Shown here one piece after another: positions 11,694 to 20,767 of a DNA stretch of 64,000 nucleotides. The notes beneath the pieces are model-generated. The model searched no databases. It was not told the origin of the DNA and saw nothing but the letters and a program-made list of their open reading frames with translations. Position 1 is the stretch's first letter, and the number at the start of each line of letters is the position of its first letter. The stretch is from Longimicrobiales bacterium (GTDB taxonomy: Bacteria > Gemmatimonadota > Gemmatimonadetes > Longimicrobiales > Gaopeijiaceae): the NCBI GenBank assembly GCA_965249725.1, contig CBDFMQ010000002.1:1760001-1824000 (forward strand), written 5' to 3'. The position numbers and the translations under genes are program-made.

Positions 11694-12115
11694 TGAACGA
11701 TCGCAGGGGGTTCTCGTTGGCGGAGCTGATGGTGGTGGTCCTGATCGTCAGTATCTTGGCAGCCATCGCCCAGCCGAAGTTGAGCGACGTCTTGGTGAAG
11801 GCCCGAGCGGCGGACGCCTACGCCGACATGGAGGTCGTTCGCGTCGCCGCCCTGGCCTTCCAGGCGGACCTGCACATCTGGCCGCCCGATGCGAGTCGGG
11901 GCGTGGTGCCCACGGGTCTGGATGAATTCCTCCCCGAAAACTTCAGCCTCACGAAGTCGGACTACCAACTGGACTTCGACAACTGGGGCGGATCACCGTT
12001 CGACATCGGCATTACCATCATCACCTCCGATGCGAATCTCGGCCTCACGATCCTCGACATGCTGCCCCCGCCCAAGTGGAACTCCGGGGACAAATACAGC
12101 TGGGTCATCGAGTAG
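11690..12115 (+). CDS. Type IV prepilin-like protein
   Basis: RRG|FSLAELMVVVLIVSILAAIA class III cleavage/methylation motif with E5. Confidence 0.9.
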   Translation: MMNDRRGFSLAELMVVVLIVSILAAIAQPKLSDVLVKARAADAYADMEVVRVAALAFQADLHIWPPDASRGVVPTGLDEFLPENFSLTKSDYQLDFDNWGGSPFDIGITIITSDANLGLTILDMLPPPKWNSGDKYSWVIE

Positions 12116-12122
12116 TCGGCGA

Positions 12123-12196
12123 ACCCACCGAGCACCCACCGAGCACCCATCGAGCACCCACCGAGCACCCATCGAGCACCCACCGAGCACCCACCG
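12123..12196. repeat. 11-bp tandem repeat ACCCAYCGAGC, about 6.7 copies
   Basis: Read directly; no spacers between units. Confidence 0.95.
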
Positions 12197-12336
12197 GATC
12201 GCATGACTACGCCATCGCCGTCTTTCCGCTTTTGTCGCCCGCTGCCAAGCGATGTAGAATGGAAAAACGTCTTACGCGTTTCGAGAGAACTATGCGTGCG
12301 GCCGCCCCCTCAACCTGACTGTCCGAACCGAGCACT

Positions 12337-15300
12337 GTGAGCTTCGTCCACCTCCACACGCATTCCGAGTACTCCCTCCTCGACGGAGCCAATCGCCTCA
12401 CCGACCTCGTTCACAAGGTCAAGGAATTCGAGATGCCTGGCCTCGCACTCACCGACCACGGGTGCATGTTCGGGGCTTGGGCGTTTCACAAGCTGGCAAG
12501 CAAGGAAGGCATCCGGCCCATCATCGGCATGGAGGCCTATGTCGCCCCCGGAGATCGCCGGGATCGGTCGAAGGCCGGCCACGGAGAACGGGCCTACTAC
12601 CACCTGGTACTGCTCGCCCGGGACATGGAGGGCTACAAGAACCTGGTCAAGCTCTCCTCGATCGGGTACACCGAGGGCTTCTACCATCGGCCCCGCGTGG
12701 ATCGGGAGTCATTGGCCGCACATGCCGGGGGTCTCATCGTCAGCTCCGCCTGTATGGCGGGAGAAGTCCCGCGGCACCTCGCGGCGGACAACTGGGAGGG
12801 GGCCAAGGAGACCGCCGACTGGTACGCCAACCTCTTCCCAGATCGCTACTACCTCGAGGTCCAGGCCCACGATTCGCAGGGCCAGGCCGAGCTGAATTCC
12901 AAGATCTTCAAGCTAGGTGAAGTGACGGGGCTTCCCGTCGTCGCAACGAACGACACGCACTTTCTGCAGGCCGATGATCACGAAGCGCACGACGTCCTGC
13001 TGTGCATCGGCCTCGGAAAGGACCGCAGCGACCCGAGCCGCATGCGCTACGACGGGGGCCTCTACTTCAAGAGCGCGCCGGAGATCGCCGAGCGGTTCCC
13101 GGACCGACCCGACGTGCTGGAGAACACGCTCAAGATCGCCGATGAGGTGAACCTCGGCTTCGAGAAGAGCTATCACCTCCCGGCGTTTCCTCTGCCCGAG
13201 GACCACACGGACGAGAACGAATACCTGGTCTTCCTCGCGACGGAAGGTGCCAAGAAGCGGTACGGCGACCCCCTTCCCGAGGCCGTCCAAGAGCGGCTCG
13301 ACTACGAGCTCGGCGTCATCACCGAAACCGGATATGCCGGGTACTTCCTCATCACCTGGGACTTCATCGACTGGGCGAGACGTCACGGCATTCCCGTGGG
13401 ACCGGGACGCGGCTCCGCCGCGGGCTCCATCGTGGCCTACTCACTGTGGATCACGAATCTGGATCCGCTGGAGTTCGGCCTCCTCTTCGAGCGATTCCTC
13501 AACCCCGAACGAATCTCGATGCCGGATATCGACATCGACTTCTGCTATGAGCGCCGGGGCGAGGTCATCGAGTATGTGAAAGACAAGTACGGCCAGCACG
13601 CCGTCGGACAGATCATCACGTTCGGGACCATGAAGTCCCGGGCCGTGATCCGCGACGTAGGTCGCACCTTGGGATTCGAGCCATCCGAGACGGACCGCAT
13701 CGCGAAGATGATCCCTAACGCTCCGGGTCAGGCCTTCACCGTCGAGGAGGCGGTAAAGGGGCTCAAGGAGGTGAAAGAGCTCTACGAAGAGGGTGGGCGC
13801 TACCGACAGCTCTTCGACTACTCGATGACCCTCGAGGGGCTGTCCCGGCACTCTTCGGTCCACGCCGCCGGTGTGGTCATCGCTCCCGGTCCGCTGGACG
13901 ACTACGTGCCGGTGTGCATCCAGACGGGGAAGAGCGCGTCGAACAGCGATGCCTCCGAGGCGATGTATGTCACCCAGTACGACATGAATTGTCTCGAGGA
14001 CGCCGGGATGCTCAAGATGGACTTCCTGGGACTCAAGACCCTCACGGTCATTCACGACGCCGTGGAGGCCGTAAGGGCCCGGCTCGGGGACCTGAAGCAC
14101 CCGGAGAGCGGGGACATCTACGAATCCATGGACGACGTCCCCTTGGACGACCCCGCCGTATATCGAATGCTCTCTCGGGGAGGCACTTCGGGCGTCTTCC
14201 AGTTCGAGTCACGGCTCGCCATGGACAAGCTCCGAGCGATGCGCTGCGACCGCTTCGACGATCTCGTGGCCACCAACGCGCTCATCCGGCCGGGACCGCT
14301 CGACTCGGGGATGACCGATGCGTACATCCGGAGGAAGCTCGGCAAGGAACAGGTGCGCTACGATCACCCGGATCTCGAGCCCGTTCTGGACTCCACGTAC
14401 GGCATCATCGTCTATCAAGAGCAGGTGATGCGCATCGCCAACGTCCTGGCCGGCTACAACCTTGCCGAAGCCGACGTACTCCGGAAGGCGATGGGTAAGA
14501 AGATCGCAAAGCTCATCCGTGAGGAGCTGGCCCAGTTCATCGAGAAAGCCGTTGCCCGGGGGGTGGAGAAGCGCGTCGCTCAGAACCTGGCCGAACAGAT
14601 CGAGACCTTCGGCCGCTACGGCTTCAACCTGTCCCACTCGGCCGCCTACTCTCTCCTCTCGTACCACACGGCCTGGCTGAAGGCGCACTACCCCGCCGAG
14701 TTCATGGCGGCCATGCTGTCCGCGGTCATCTCGAGCACCGACGACGTGGTGAAGTACATCGGCGAGTGTCGAGAGCTGCCACGGCATCTACCCCAACTGA
14801 ACGACGGCGTCGAGGTCCTGCCGCCCGACGTGAACGAGTCGGGATGGAAGTTCACGGCCGTCGGCGAAACGCAGATCCGTTTCGGGTTGGGGGCCGTTCG
14901 GGGCGTCGGATCGAGCGCCGTGAAATCGATCCTCGCGGCCCGTGAGGATGGACCATGCACGACGCTGTTCGACTTCCTGGGGCGTGTGAATCTGAGGGCA
15001 CTCAATAAACGCGCGGCAGAGGCGCTGATCGCGGCGGGGGCTCTGGATTCGTTCGGCCACCGGTCTCAGCTCCTGGCAGGCCTCGACACGGCCTACTCGG
15101 AGATCAGTGCCCGGAAGGCGGAGGAGGAGGCCGGCCAAGCATCGCTCTTCGGAACCAGTGAAGAGGCCCTGGAACGCGCCGATCCCGGCCTACCGAGCGT
15201 TCCCGAGTGGGACGAGCAGGAGCGCCTGAAGCGGGAGAAGGAGGCCTTGGGCTTCTTCATCTCCGGGCATCCACTCGATCGGCATTCCGACGTGGTGCGG

Positions 15301-15885
15301 GCCTTCGATTGCCTCAACTCCAGGAACCTCAAGGAGAACACGGGCGTACCCGTCCAGCTGGCCTGCGTCGTGACCAAGGTGGCGCGTCAGATCTCACGCC
15401 GGGACAACTCGGAGTGGGGGAAGATCACCGTGGAGGATTTCCACGGAACGGCCACGATTCTCGCCTTCAAGGACAACTGGCAGAAGTACAAAGAGGTACT
15501 GCAGCAGGACGCCGTTGTCCTCATTTCGGGCAAGATCAGCGGGCGCGAGCGAGACGAGGAGGACCCGCCGATCTTCCTCGACGAGGCGGTGCAGCTCGAG
15601 GGACTCGCCAACAGTGGGCAGTTGGCCCTCCAGATCGAGATGCCCGTCGGCACGGACCTCGGAGATGATGTGTTCGCCCGTGCCAAGGAGGTGCTGGTGG
15701 CACACCCCGGGACGGCACCGGTGCAGCTGACACTCGGGAGCGACAACGGCGTCTCGGCTCCGCAGCTTCGCTCACGCACCCTCAAGGTCGACCCCAGCCG
15801 GGAAACGGTGGACGCGCTTCAGGAGATGTTCGGCAAGGCTCGGGTCCGGCTGGTGAAGGTGGGTAACGGCGGAAACGGAGTCTGA
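12337..15885 (+). CDS. dnaE: DNA polymerase III alpha subunit
   Basis: HLHTHSEYSLLDG PHP domain, GRGSAAGS, MPDIDIDF, KMDFLGL, YGFNLSH and a C-terminal OB fold. Confidence 0.98.
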   Translation: MSFVHLHTHSEYSLLDGANRLTDLVHKVKEFEMPGLALTDHGCMFGAWAFHKLASKEGIRPIIGMEAYVAPGDRRDRSKAGHGERAYYHLVLLARDMEGYKNLVKLSSIGYTEGFYHRPRVDRESLAAHAGGLIVSSACMAGEVPRHLAADNWEGAKETADWYANLFPDRYYLEVQAHDSQGQAELNSKIFKLGEVTGLPVVATNDTHFLQADDHEAHDVLLCIGLGKDRSDPSRMRYDGGLYFKSAPEIAERFPDRPDVLENTLKIADEVNLGFEKSYHLPAFPLPEDHTDENEYLVFLATEGAKKRYGDPLPEAVQERLDYELGVITETGYAGYFLITWDFIDWARRHGIPVGPGRGSAAGSIVAYSLWITNLDPLEFGLLFERFLNPERISMPDIDIDFCYERRGEVIEYVKDKYGQHAVGQIITFGTMKSRAVIRDVGRTLGFEPSETDRIAKMIPNAPGQAFTVEEAVKGLKEVKELYEEGGRYRQLFDYSMTLEGLSRHSSVHAAGVVIAPGPLDDYVPVCIQTGKSASNSDASEAMYVTQYDMNCLEDAGMLKMDFLGLKTLTVIHDAVEAVRARLGDLKHPESGDIYESMDDVPLDDPAVYRMLSRGGTSGVFQFESRLAMDKLRAMRCDRFDDLVATNALIRPGPLDSGMTDAYIRRKLGKEQVRYDHPDLEPVLDSTYGIIVYQEQVMRIANVLAGYNLAEADVLRKAMGKKIAKLIREELAQFIEKAVARGVEKRVAQNLAEQIETFGRYGFNLSHSAAYSLLSYHTAWLKAHYPAEFMAAMLSAVISSTDDVVKYIGECRELPRHLPQLNDGVEVLPPDVNESGWKFTAVGETQIRFGLGAVRGVGSSAVKSILAAREDGPCTTLFDFLGRVNLRALNKRAAEALIAAGALDSFGHRSQLLAGLDTAYSEISARKAEEEAGQASLFGTSEEALERADPGLPSVPEWDEQERLKREKEALGFFISGHPLDRHSDVVRAFDCLNSRNLKENTGVPVQLACVVTKVARQISRRDNSEWGKITVEDFHGTATILAFKDNWQKYKEVLQQDAVVLISGKISGRERDEEDPPIFLDEAVQLEGLANSGQLALQIEMPVGTDLGDDVFARAKEVLVAHPGTAPVQLTLGSDNGVSAPQLRSRTLKVDPSRETVDALQEMFGKARVRLVKVGNGGNGV

Positions 15886-15920
15886 CCCGCCGGAGCCTGA
15901 CCGCCGAAGCCTGACCGCCG
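15882..15920. repeat. Short ~14-bp tandem repeat (CTGACCGCCGRAGC), about 2.7 copies
   Basis: Read directly between the convergent dnaE and VOC genes. Confidence 0.7.
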
Positions 15921-15927
15921 CCGTCGG

Positions 15928-16917
15928 TTATCGGGTACCCAGCAGCTCCACGAGATCCTCGTTCCCCTCCACGTCCAGGAACGTGTCCCACTCCAGGAAG
16001 TATCCTTCGGGGTCGTACCCGACCAGCGTCGTCACCCGTCCGCTCTCGTCTCCCAGCTCCCCTGTCCGGAACTCGAAGCCCTCGATCTGGTGCATGTAGT
16101 CGAACCAGCCCTCCACGTCCGATGTGAAGAACGAGACGGTCACGCTCTTTTCCTCGGTCGACTGATGCAGACCACGCTCGCCGTCCACGAGTCCGATGTA
16201 CCCCGCCGACGAGACGGCGAAGACCTTCACCCAACCCTGATCCACGATGATCTCGCGACCTAGAGTTTCCTCGTAGAAGCGCTCCATGCGCGGTATGTCC
16301 CGATAATACAGCCAGAGCACGGTGGCCTGGAGACCCAGGTCGGCGGGTCGGTTGGTCTCTACGCCTGGGGCAGGATAAAGCACCTCGACCTCGGCCAACT
16401 GCGGCATCAACTGCACGTTCTCGTCGTGGGGGTTGAACCGCTCGAACTCGAGCAGGTAGCCCTCTGGATCGATGGCCACGAATCCGTCGTGCGGGCGCCC
16501 CTCGGCGGGGCGGAACTCGGAGCGCATCGACACGCCCTGGGAGCTGAGGTAGTCGAACCAGCCCTCCACCTGCTCCGTAACGAAGGCGAGGGTCGCCGTC
16601 TTGGGCTCGTCCGTCGAGTGCATTCCGTCGGCCGCGTTCACCAACGTCAGGTACGACGACTCGGCTACCCGCAGGATCTTCGCGAAGCCGTAGTCGACCA
16701 CGGTGCGAAGCCCCAACGTCTCCGTATAGAAGGCCCACGCTGCGTCTACGTCGTCGTAATAGTAAAAGACGTTGGTGGCGAGGACGGGAGGAGGACCACT
16801 CATATCAGACTCCTCGCCCGCACCGGCGTCGCCAGAAGGCTGCTCACCCGGCTGACAGGCCAAGGCGAGGAGCAAAACGAGAGCCGTGGTGAGTGGCACC
16901 GCACGAAAAGTGGACAT
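15928..16917 (-). CDS. Two-domain VOC/glyoxalase family lipoprotein
   Basis: Lipobox LALAC after ATG 16917 with an AGGAGG RBS; two repeats of FY.ETLG...DPEGY.LE. Confidence 0.8.
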   Translation of the reverse strand: MSTFRAVPLTTALVLLLALACQPGEQPSGDAGAGEESDMSGPPPVLATNVFYYYDDVDAAWAFYTETLGLRTVVDYGFAKILRVAESSYLTLVNAADGMHSTDEPKTATLAFVTEQVEGWFDYLSSQGVSMRSEFRPAEGRPHDGFVAIDPEGYLLEFERFNPHDENVQLMPQLAEVEVLYPAPGVETNRPADLGLQATVLWLYYRDIPRMERFYEETLGREIIVDQGWVKVFAVSSAGYIGLVDGERGLHQSTEEKSVTVSFFTSDVEGWFDYMHQIEGFEFRTGELGDESGRVTTLVGYDPEGYFLEWDTFLDVEGNEDLVELLGTR

Positions 16918-17055
16918 CGCAGATCTTACTCCTCCTAAAGAACCAGCAGCCGACACTCCAGACCGCCTTCAACGGTCAGGGAAGACAGCATAGAGGAGTA
17001 GGCGCTCTGGTGAAAGCGGTGGCCGCACCGCAGCTTATCTTGAGCCAAGCCTAGG

Positions 17056-18657
17056 ATGGAAGACGCCGCGATGACTCACTCGGAACCCGCCCCTGTGCAA
17101 GCCCCAGGCCCCGCCAGAGCCGAGGACCTGCCCCGTGCGTACAACGCCGCCGACATCCTCGAGTACAACGTAGCCCGTCATCCTCAGAAAGAAGCTCTCC
17201 ACACGGCAGAGGGAGCTCTGAGTTTCGCCTCCGTCTCGGAGAGTACCAGCCAGGTCGCACATGCTCTGCGCGCGATGGACGTACGGATCGGCGACACCGT
17301 GGCGATTCTCTGTCTCGACACGGCCGAGTGGGTCGCCACGTTCTTCGGGACCCTGAAGTGCGGAGGCGTGGCCGCCGGAATGAGCACGTTGCTGACGCCC
17401 GACGAGATCGCCTTCATTCTCAACGACTGCCGAGCGCGGGTTCTCGTAGTGCACGCCGACTTGGTGACCGGTCTCGAACAGACCCGGCATGACTGTTCGT
17501 TCCTCGAGCACGTGATCGTGGTCGGAGGAAGCGCACCCGATGGCGATACGACATTCGACGAGTGGGTCGGCGGTCAGCCCACGTCGTTCGAGACTGCTCC
17601 CACACACCGAGACGACTACGCCACACTCAACTACTCCAGCGGCACGACGGGCAAACCCAAGGGCATTCTGCACGCCCACAAGGACCTGGTCCTAACCGCC
17701 GAGCTCTGGGGCTCCCGTACCCTCGGGCTGACCGAGTCCGACCGGACCTTCTCGCTCGCGAAGCTGTTCTTCACCTTCGGCCTGGGAGGCAACCTGCTCT
17801 TCCCTTGGCACGTGGGCGCGGCGGCGGTCCTGTACCCGGGGAGCCCCCGCCAGGCGACGAGGGTCCTCGAGGTCATCGATCGCTTCCATCCGACCGTTCT
17901 GTTCAACGCACCCACGGGGTACGCCTCGGCGCTAGCGGTCGAGGACTTCACCGAGCGCTATGACCTCTCTTCCCTGAGACTCTGTGTCTCGGCGGCGGAG
18001 GCGCTGCCCGCTCCGCTTTGGCAGGCCTGGAAGGATCGGACGGGCCTCGACACACTCGACGGCATCGGGTCCACCGAGAACTTCCACATCTTCCTGTCGA
18101 ATCGCCCCGGAGACATTCGCCCCGGTAGCAGTGGAAAGCCCGTCGAAGGGTACGAGATGCGCATTGTGGACGAGGAGGGCGCACCGGTACCGCGTGGAGA
18201 GGTCGGCAACCTGCACGTGAAGGGTGAGACGGCCGCCCATTCCTACCTGCACGACGCGGAACGGAGTCGAGAGAGCTTCCTGGGGGAATGGCTCAACACC
18301 GGTGACAAATACTACGAAGACGAGGACGGTTACTTCTGGCACGCGGGACGATCCGACGACATGCTCAAGGTCGGCGGCATCTGGGTCTCGCCTGTGGAGG
18401 TCGAGAGCACTCTGATCGGGCACGACACCGTCCTCGAGTGTGCGGTGGTGGGCGCAGCGGATGACGCCGGCCTCATCAAGCCCAAGGCCTTTGTGGTACC
18501 CGCCCCGGGCGTAGAGCCCTCCGACCAAGCGGCAGAGACTCTGGTCCAGCACTGCGTCGGCTCCATGTCGGCCTACAAGCGGCCTCGCTGGATCGAGTTC
18601 GTCGAGGAGCTGCCCAAGACCGCCACCGGGAAGATCCAACGGTTCAGGCTTCGTTGA
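17056..18657 (+). CDS. Benzoate-CoA ligase family aryl-CoA ligase
   Basis: YSSGTTGKPKG, DGIGSTE, GRSDDMLKVGG and PKTATGKIQR motifs. Confidence 0.9.
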   Translation: MEDAAMTHSEPAPVQAPGPARAEDLPRAYNAADILEYNVARHPQKEALHTAEGALSFASVSESTSQVAHALRAMDVRIGDTVAILCLDTAEWVATFFGTLKCGGVAAGMSTLLTPDEIAFILNDCRARVLVVHADLVTGLEQTRHDCSFLEHVIVVGGSAPDGDTTFDEWVGGQPTSFETAPTHRDDYATLNYSSGTTGKPKGILHAHKDLVLTAELWGSRTLGLTESDRTFSLAKLFFTFGLGGNLLFPWHVGAAAVLYPGSPRQATRVLEVIDRFHPTVLFNAPTGYASALAVEDFTERYDLSSLRLCVSAAEALPAPLWQAWKDRTGLDTLDGIGSTENFHIFLSNRPGDIRPGSSGKPVEGYEMRIVDEEGAPVPRGEVGNLHVKGETAAHSYLHDAERSRESFLGEWLNTGDKYYEDEDGYFWHAGRSDDMLKVGGIWVSPVEVESTLIGHDTVLECAVVGAADDAGLIKPKAFVVPAPGVEPSDQAAETLVQHCVGSMSAYKRPRWIEFVEELPKTATGKIQRFRLR

Positions 18658-18666
18658 GACGTCGGC

Positions 18667-18683
18667 CGTTACCTAATCTTTAC
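18667..18683 (+). promoter_or_regulatory. Possible Pho box
   Basis: CGTTAC-ctaat-CTTTAC direct repeat with 11-bp period upstream of pstS; weak match. Confidence 0.3.
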
Positions 18684-18766
18684 GGCAGTCCGTTGCCGGG
18701 CGTGAGCACATCTCGCGAGCTTTCTGCATGAGAGTTCAATTCCAGATTCACGCCGGAGGAACCCCC

Positions 18767-19639
18767 GTGAAAGCGTCGCTGCTACTGCCTCTCTTGGTCC
18801 TGTCCCTCGCCTGTGGATCTGGTGAGGGCGGTCGCTCCTCGCGCACCGTCGTCCAGAACAAAGGCTCCGACACACTCGTCAACGTCGCCCAGGCCTGGGC
18901 CGAGGGGTACGCCGAGATCGCCCCTGATGTGGCCATCGCGGTGAGCGGTGGAGGATCCGGAACCGGGATCTCGTCCATGATCAACGGCACCGTGGACATC
19001 GCGAACTCGAGCCGAAAGATGCGGGAGAGCGAGCTCGAGGCGGCTCGGGCGCAGGGGATCGATCCGATTGAGTTCATCGTGGGATACGACGCTTTGGCGG
19101 TGTATCTCCATCCCGACAACCCCATCGACGAGATGCCGATCGAGCAGCTCGCGGCGGTCTATGGTGAGGGCGGAACGTTCGAGACGTGGGATCAGTTGGG
19201 TGTCACCGTGCCCGGGTGCCCCAGCGGGGAAATCGTACGGGTGAGCCGACAGAACAACTCGGGAACGTACGCCTACTTCCAAGAGACGGTCCTGGGTGAG
19301 AGCGAGTTCAGACTGGGGTCCCGTGACATGCACGGTTCGAAGGACGTGGTCGACCTTGTTGAGAATACGCCCTGTGCCATCGGCTACAGCGGGCTGGCTT
19401 ACGCCACGGATCACGTGAAGACGGCCTGCGTCTCGGCGGACGGACCCGACTGCGTGTCGCCCTCGGTGGCGGCGGCCATCGACGGTTCGTACCCTATCGC
19501 TCGCCCGCTCTTCATGTACACGGCAGGGCAGCCGGAAGGAGCCGTCGCGGAGTACATGGACTGGATTCTCTCGGACGTGGGTCAGTGCATTATTCGGGAC
19601 AAGGGTTACGCGCCCGCTACCACGGTGGCTTGCGGGTAG
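18767..19639 (+). CDS. pstS: Phosphate ABC transporter substrate-binding lipoprotein
   Basis: Lipobox SLAC; KGSDT, GGGSGTG, NSSR, R..NSGT and YPIARPLF. GTG 18767 has a GGAGG RBS. Confidence 0.93.
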   Translation: MKASLLLPLLVLSLACGSGEGGRSSRTVVQNKGSDTLVNVAQAWAEGYAEIAPDVAIAVSGGGSGTGISSMINGTVDIANSSRKMRESELEAARAQGIDPIEFIVGYDALAVYLHPDNPIDEMPIEQLAAVYGEGGTFETWDQLGVTVPGCPSGEIVRVSRQNNSGTYAYFQETVLGESEFRLGSRDMHGSKDVVDLVENTPCAIGYSGLAYATDHVKTACVSADGPDCVSPSVAAAIDGSYPIARPLFMYTAGQPEGAVAEYMDWILSDVGQCIIRDKGYAPATTVACG

Positions 19640-19675
19640 GACGCTCGACGTCGTCGGGCAATCGAAAGTGAGTCT

Positions 19676-20767
19676 ATGACGCACTACGAAGAGAGAATCG
19701 AGCACGATCTCGCCGAGATTCGTGTGGAGGTAGGGAAGGTCATTCGGCGAGTCGAGGATCAGGTGCGCGACTCGGTTCGCTCACTTCTCGACTTCGATAC
19801 GGACCTAGCGAACGAGGTCGTGCTCGGCGATCGGAGAGTGAATCGGCTCATCCGGCGGATCGATCGTTTGTGTCACGCATTCATCGTTCGTCACGCACCC
19901 AGTGCCGGGCACCTACGGTACGTGTCGGCAGTACTTCGGTTCGATATCGCCCTCGAGCGCGTCGGCGACTACGCCGGCACGATTGGGCGCGAAGTCGTAC
20001 AGCTGTCCGAGACCCCCCCGAGCCGGGTGGCGCGCGATATCGAACTCATCAGCCAACAGGCGCGGCGCGCCCTCGGCCAGTCGGTCGCGTCATTCCGGGA
20101 CGAGGACCCGGATCTGGCCAGGCACACGTACGGGTTGGCCGAACAGACCGACGCAACACTCGAGAACGTCTTCGCCGACCTGATCGCCGTGGGCGAGAAA
20201 CAGAAGATTCCTCTCCGGGACGTCTTCGGCCTTCTCCGCATCATCAACCTCTTGAAGAGAGTATCGGAACAGGCGGAGAACATCTGCGAGCAGACGATCT
20301 TCGCGTATACCGGAGAGACCGAGGACCCGAAGATCTTCCGGATTCTCTTCGTGGACGAACGCAACGACGCCCTCAGCCAGATGGCCGAGGGCTATGCCCG
20401 AAAGGCGTTCCCGAAGAGCGGGAGCTACGGCAGCGCGGGCTGGAATCCGGCCAACCAGCTGGACCCGGGCCTCGCAGAGTTTCTCGACCAGAACGGCGTT
20501 GATGTACGCGGGAAGAAGCCCAAGGCTCTGCGACCCATCCACGAGGAGGCCCGACACCACCACATCGTGGTCGCGCTCGATCCCAGGGCGAGGGAGCACA
20601 TCCCCAAGATCCCGTTCCGGACGCTGTACCTGGAATGGGACTTCGACCTAGACCTCGCGAGCCTCCCGGAGGATCTGACCGAGGAGCAGTTGGCACCTCT
20701 CTTCAAGGCCGTAGCCCATAGGGTCCGCAAGCTCATGCAGACTCTGAGTGGACCAGATGCCCGCTGA
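19676..20767 (+). CDS. phoU: PhoU fused to a degenerate ArsC/LMW-PTP-like domain
   Basis: N-terminal PhoU (LERVGDY, ENICE); C-terminal ILFVDERNDALSQMAEG...SAG..P domain. Confidence 0.85.
   Translation: MTHYEERIEHDLAEIRVEVGKVIRRVEDQVRDSVRSLLDFDTDLANEVVLGDRRVNRLIRRIDRLCHAFIVRHAPSAGHLRYVSAVLRFDIALERVGDYAGTIGREVVQLSETPPSRVARDIELISQQARRALGQSVASFRDEDPDLARHTYGLAEQTDATLENVFADLIAVGEKQKIPLRDVFGLLRIINLLKRVSEQAENICEQTIFAYTGETEDPKIFRILFVDERNDALSQMAEGYARKAFPKSGSYGSAGWNPANQLDPGLAEFLDQNGVDVRGKKPKALRPIHEEARHHHIVVALDPRAREHIPKIPFRTLYLEWDFDLDLASLPEDLTEEQLAPLFKAVAHRVRKLMQTLSGPDAR

Noticed and set aside
12123..12196. Possible CRISPR array
   Set aside because: 11-bp units with no unique spacers, and no cas genes in the window.
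12337..15885. Intein in dnaE, or a mutagenic dnaE2
   Set aside because: Normal length, no intein motifs seen, replicative-type motifs, and no imuA/imuB nearby.
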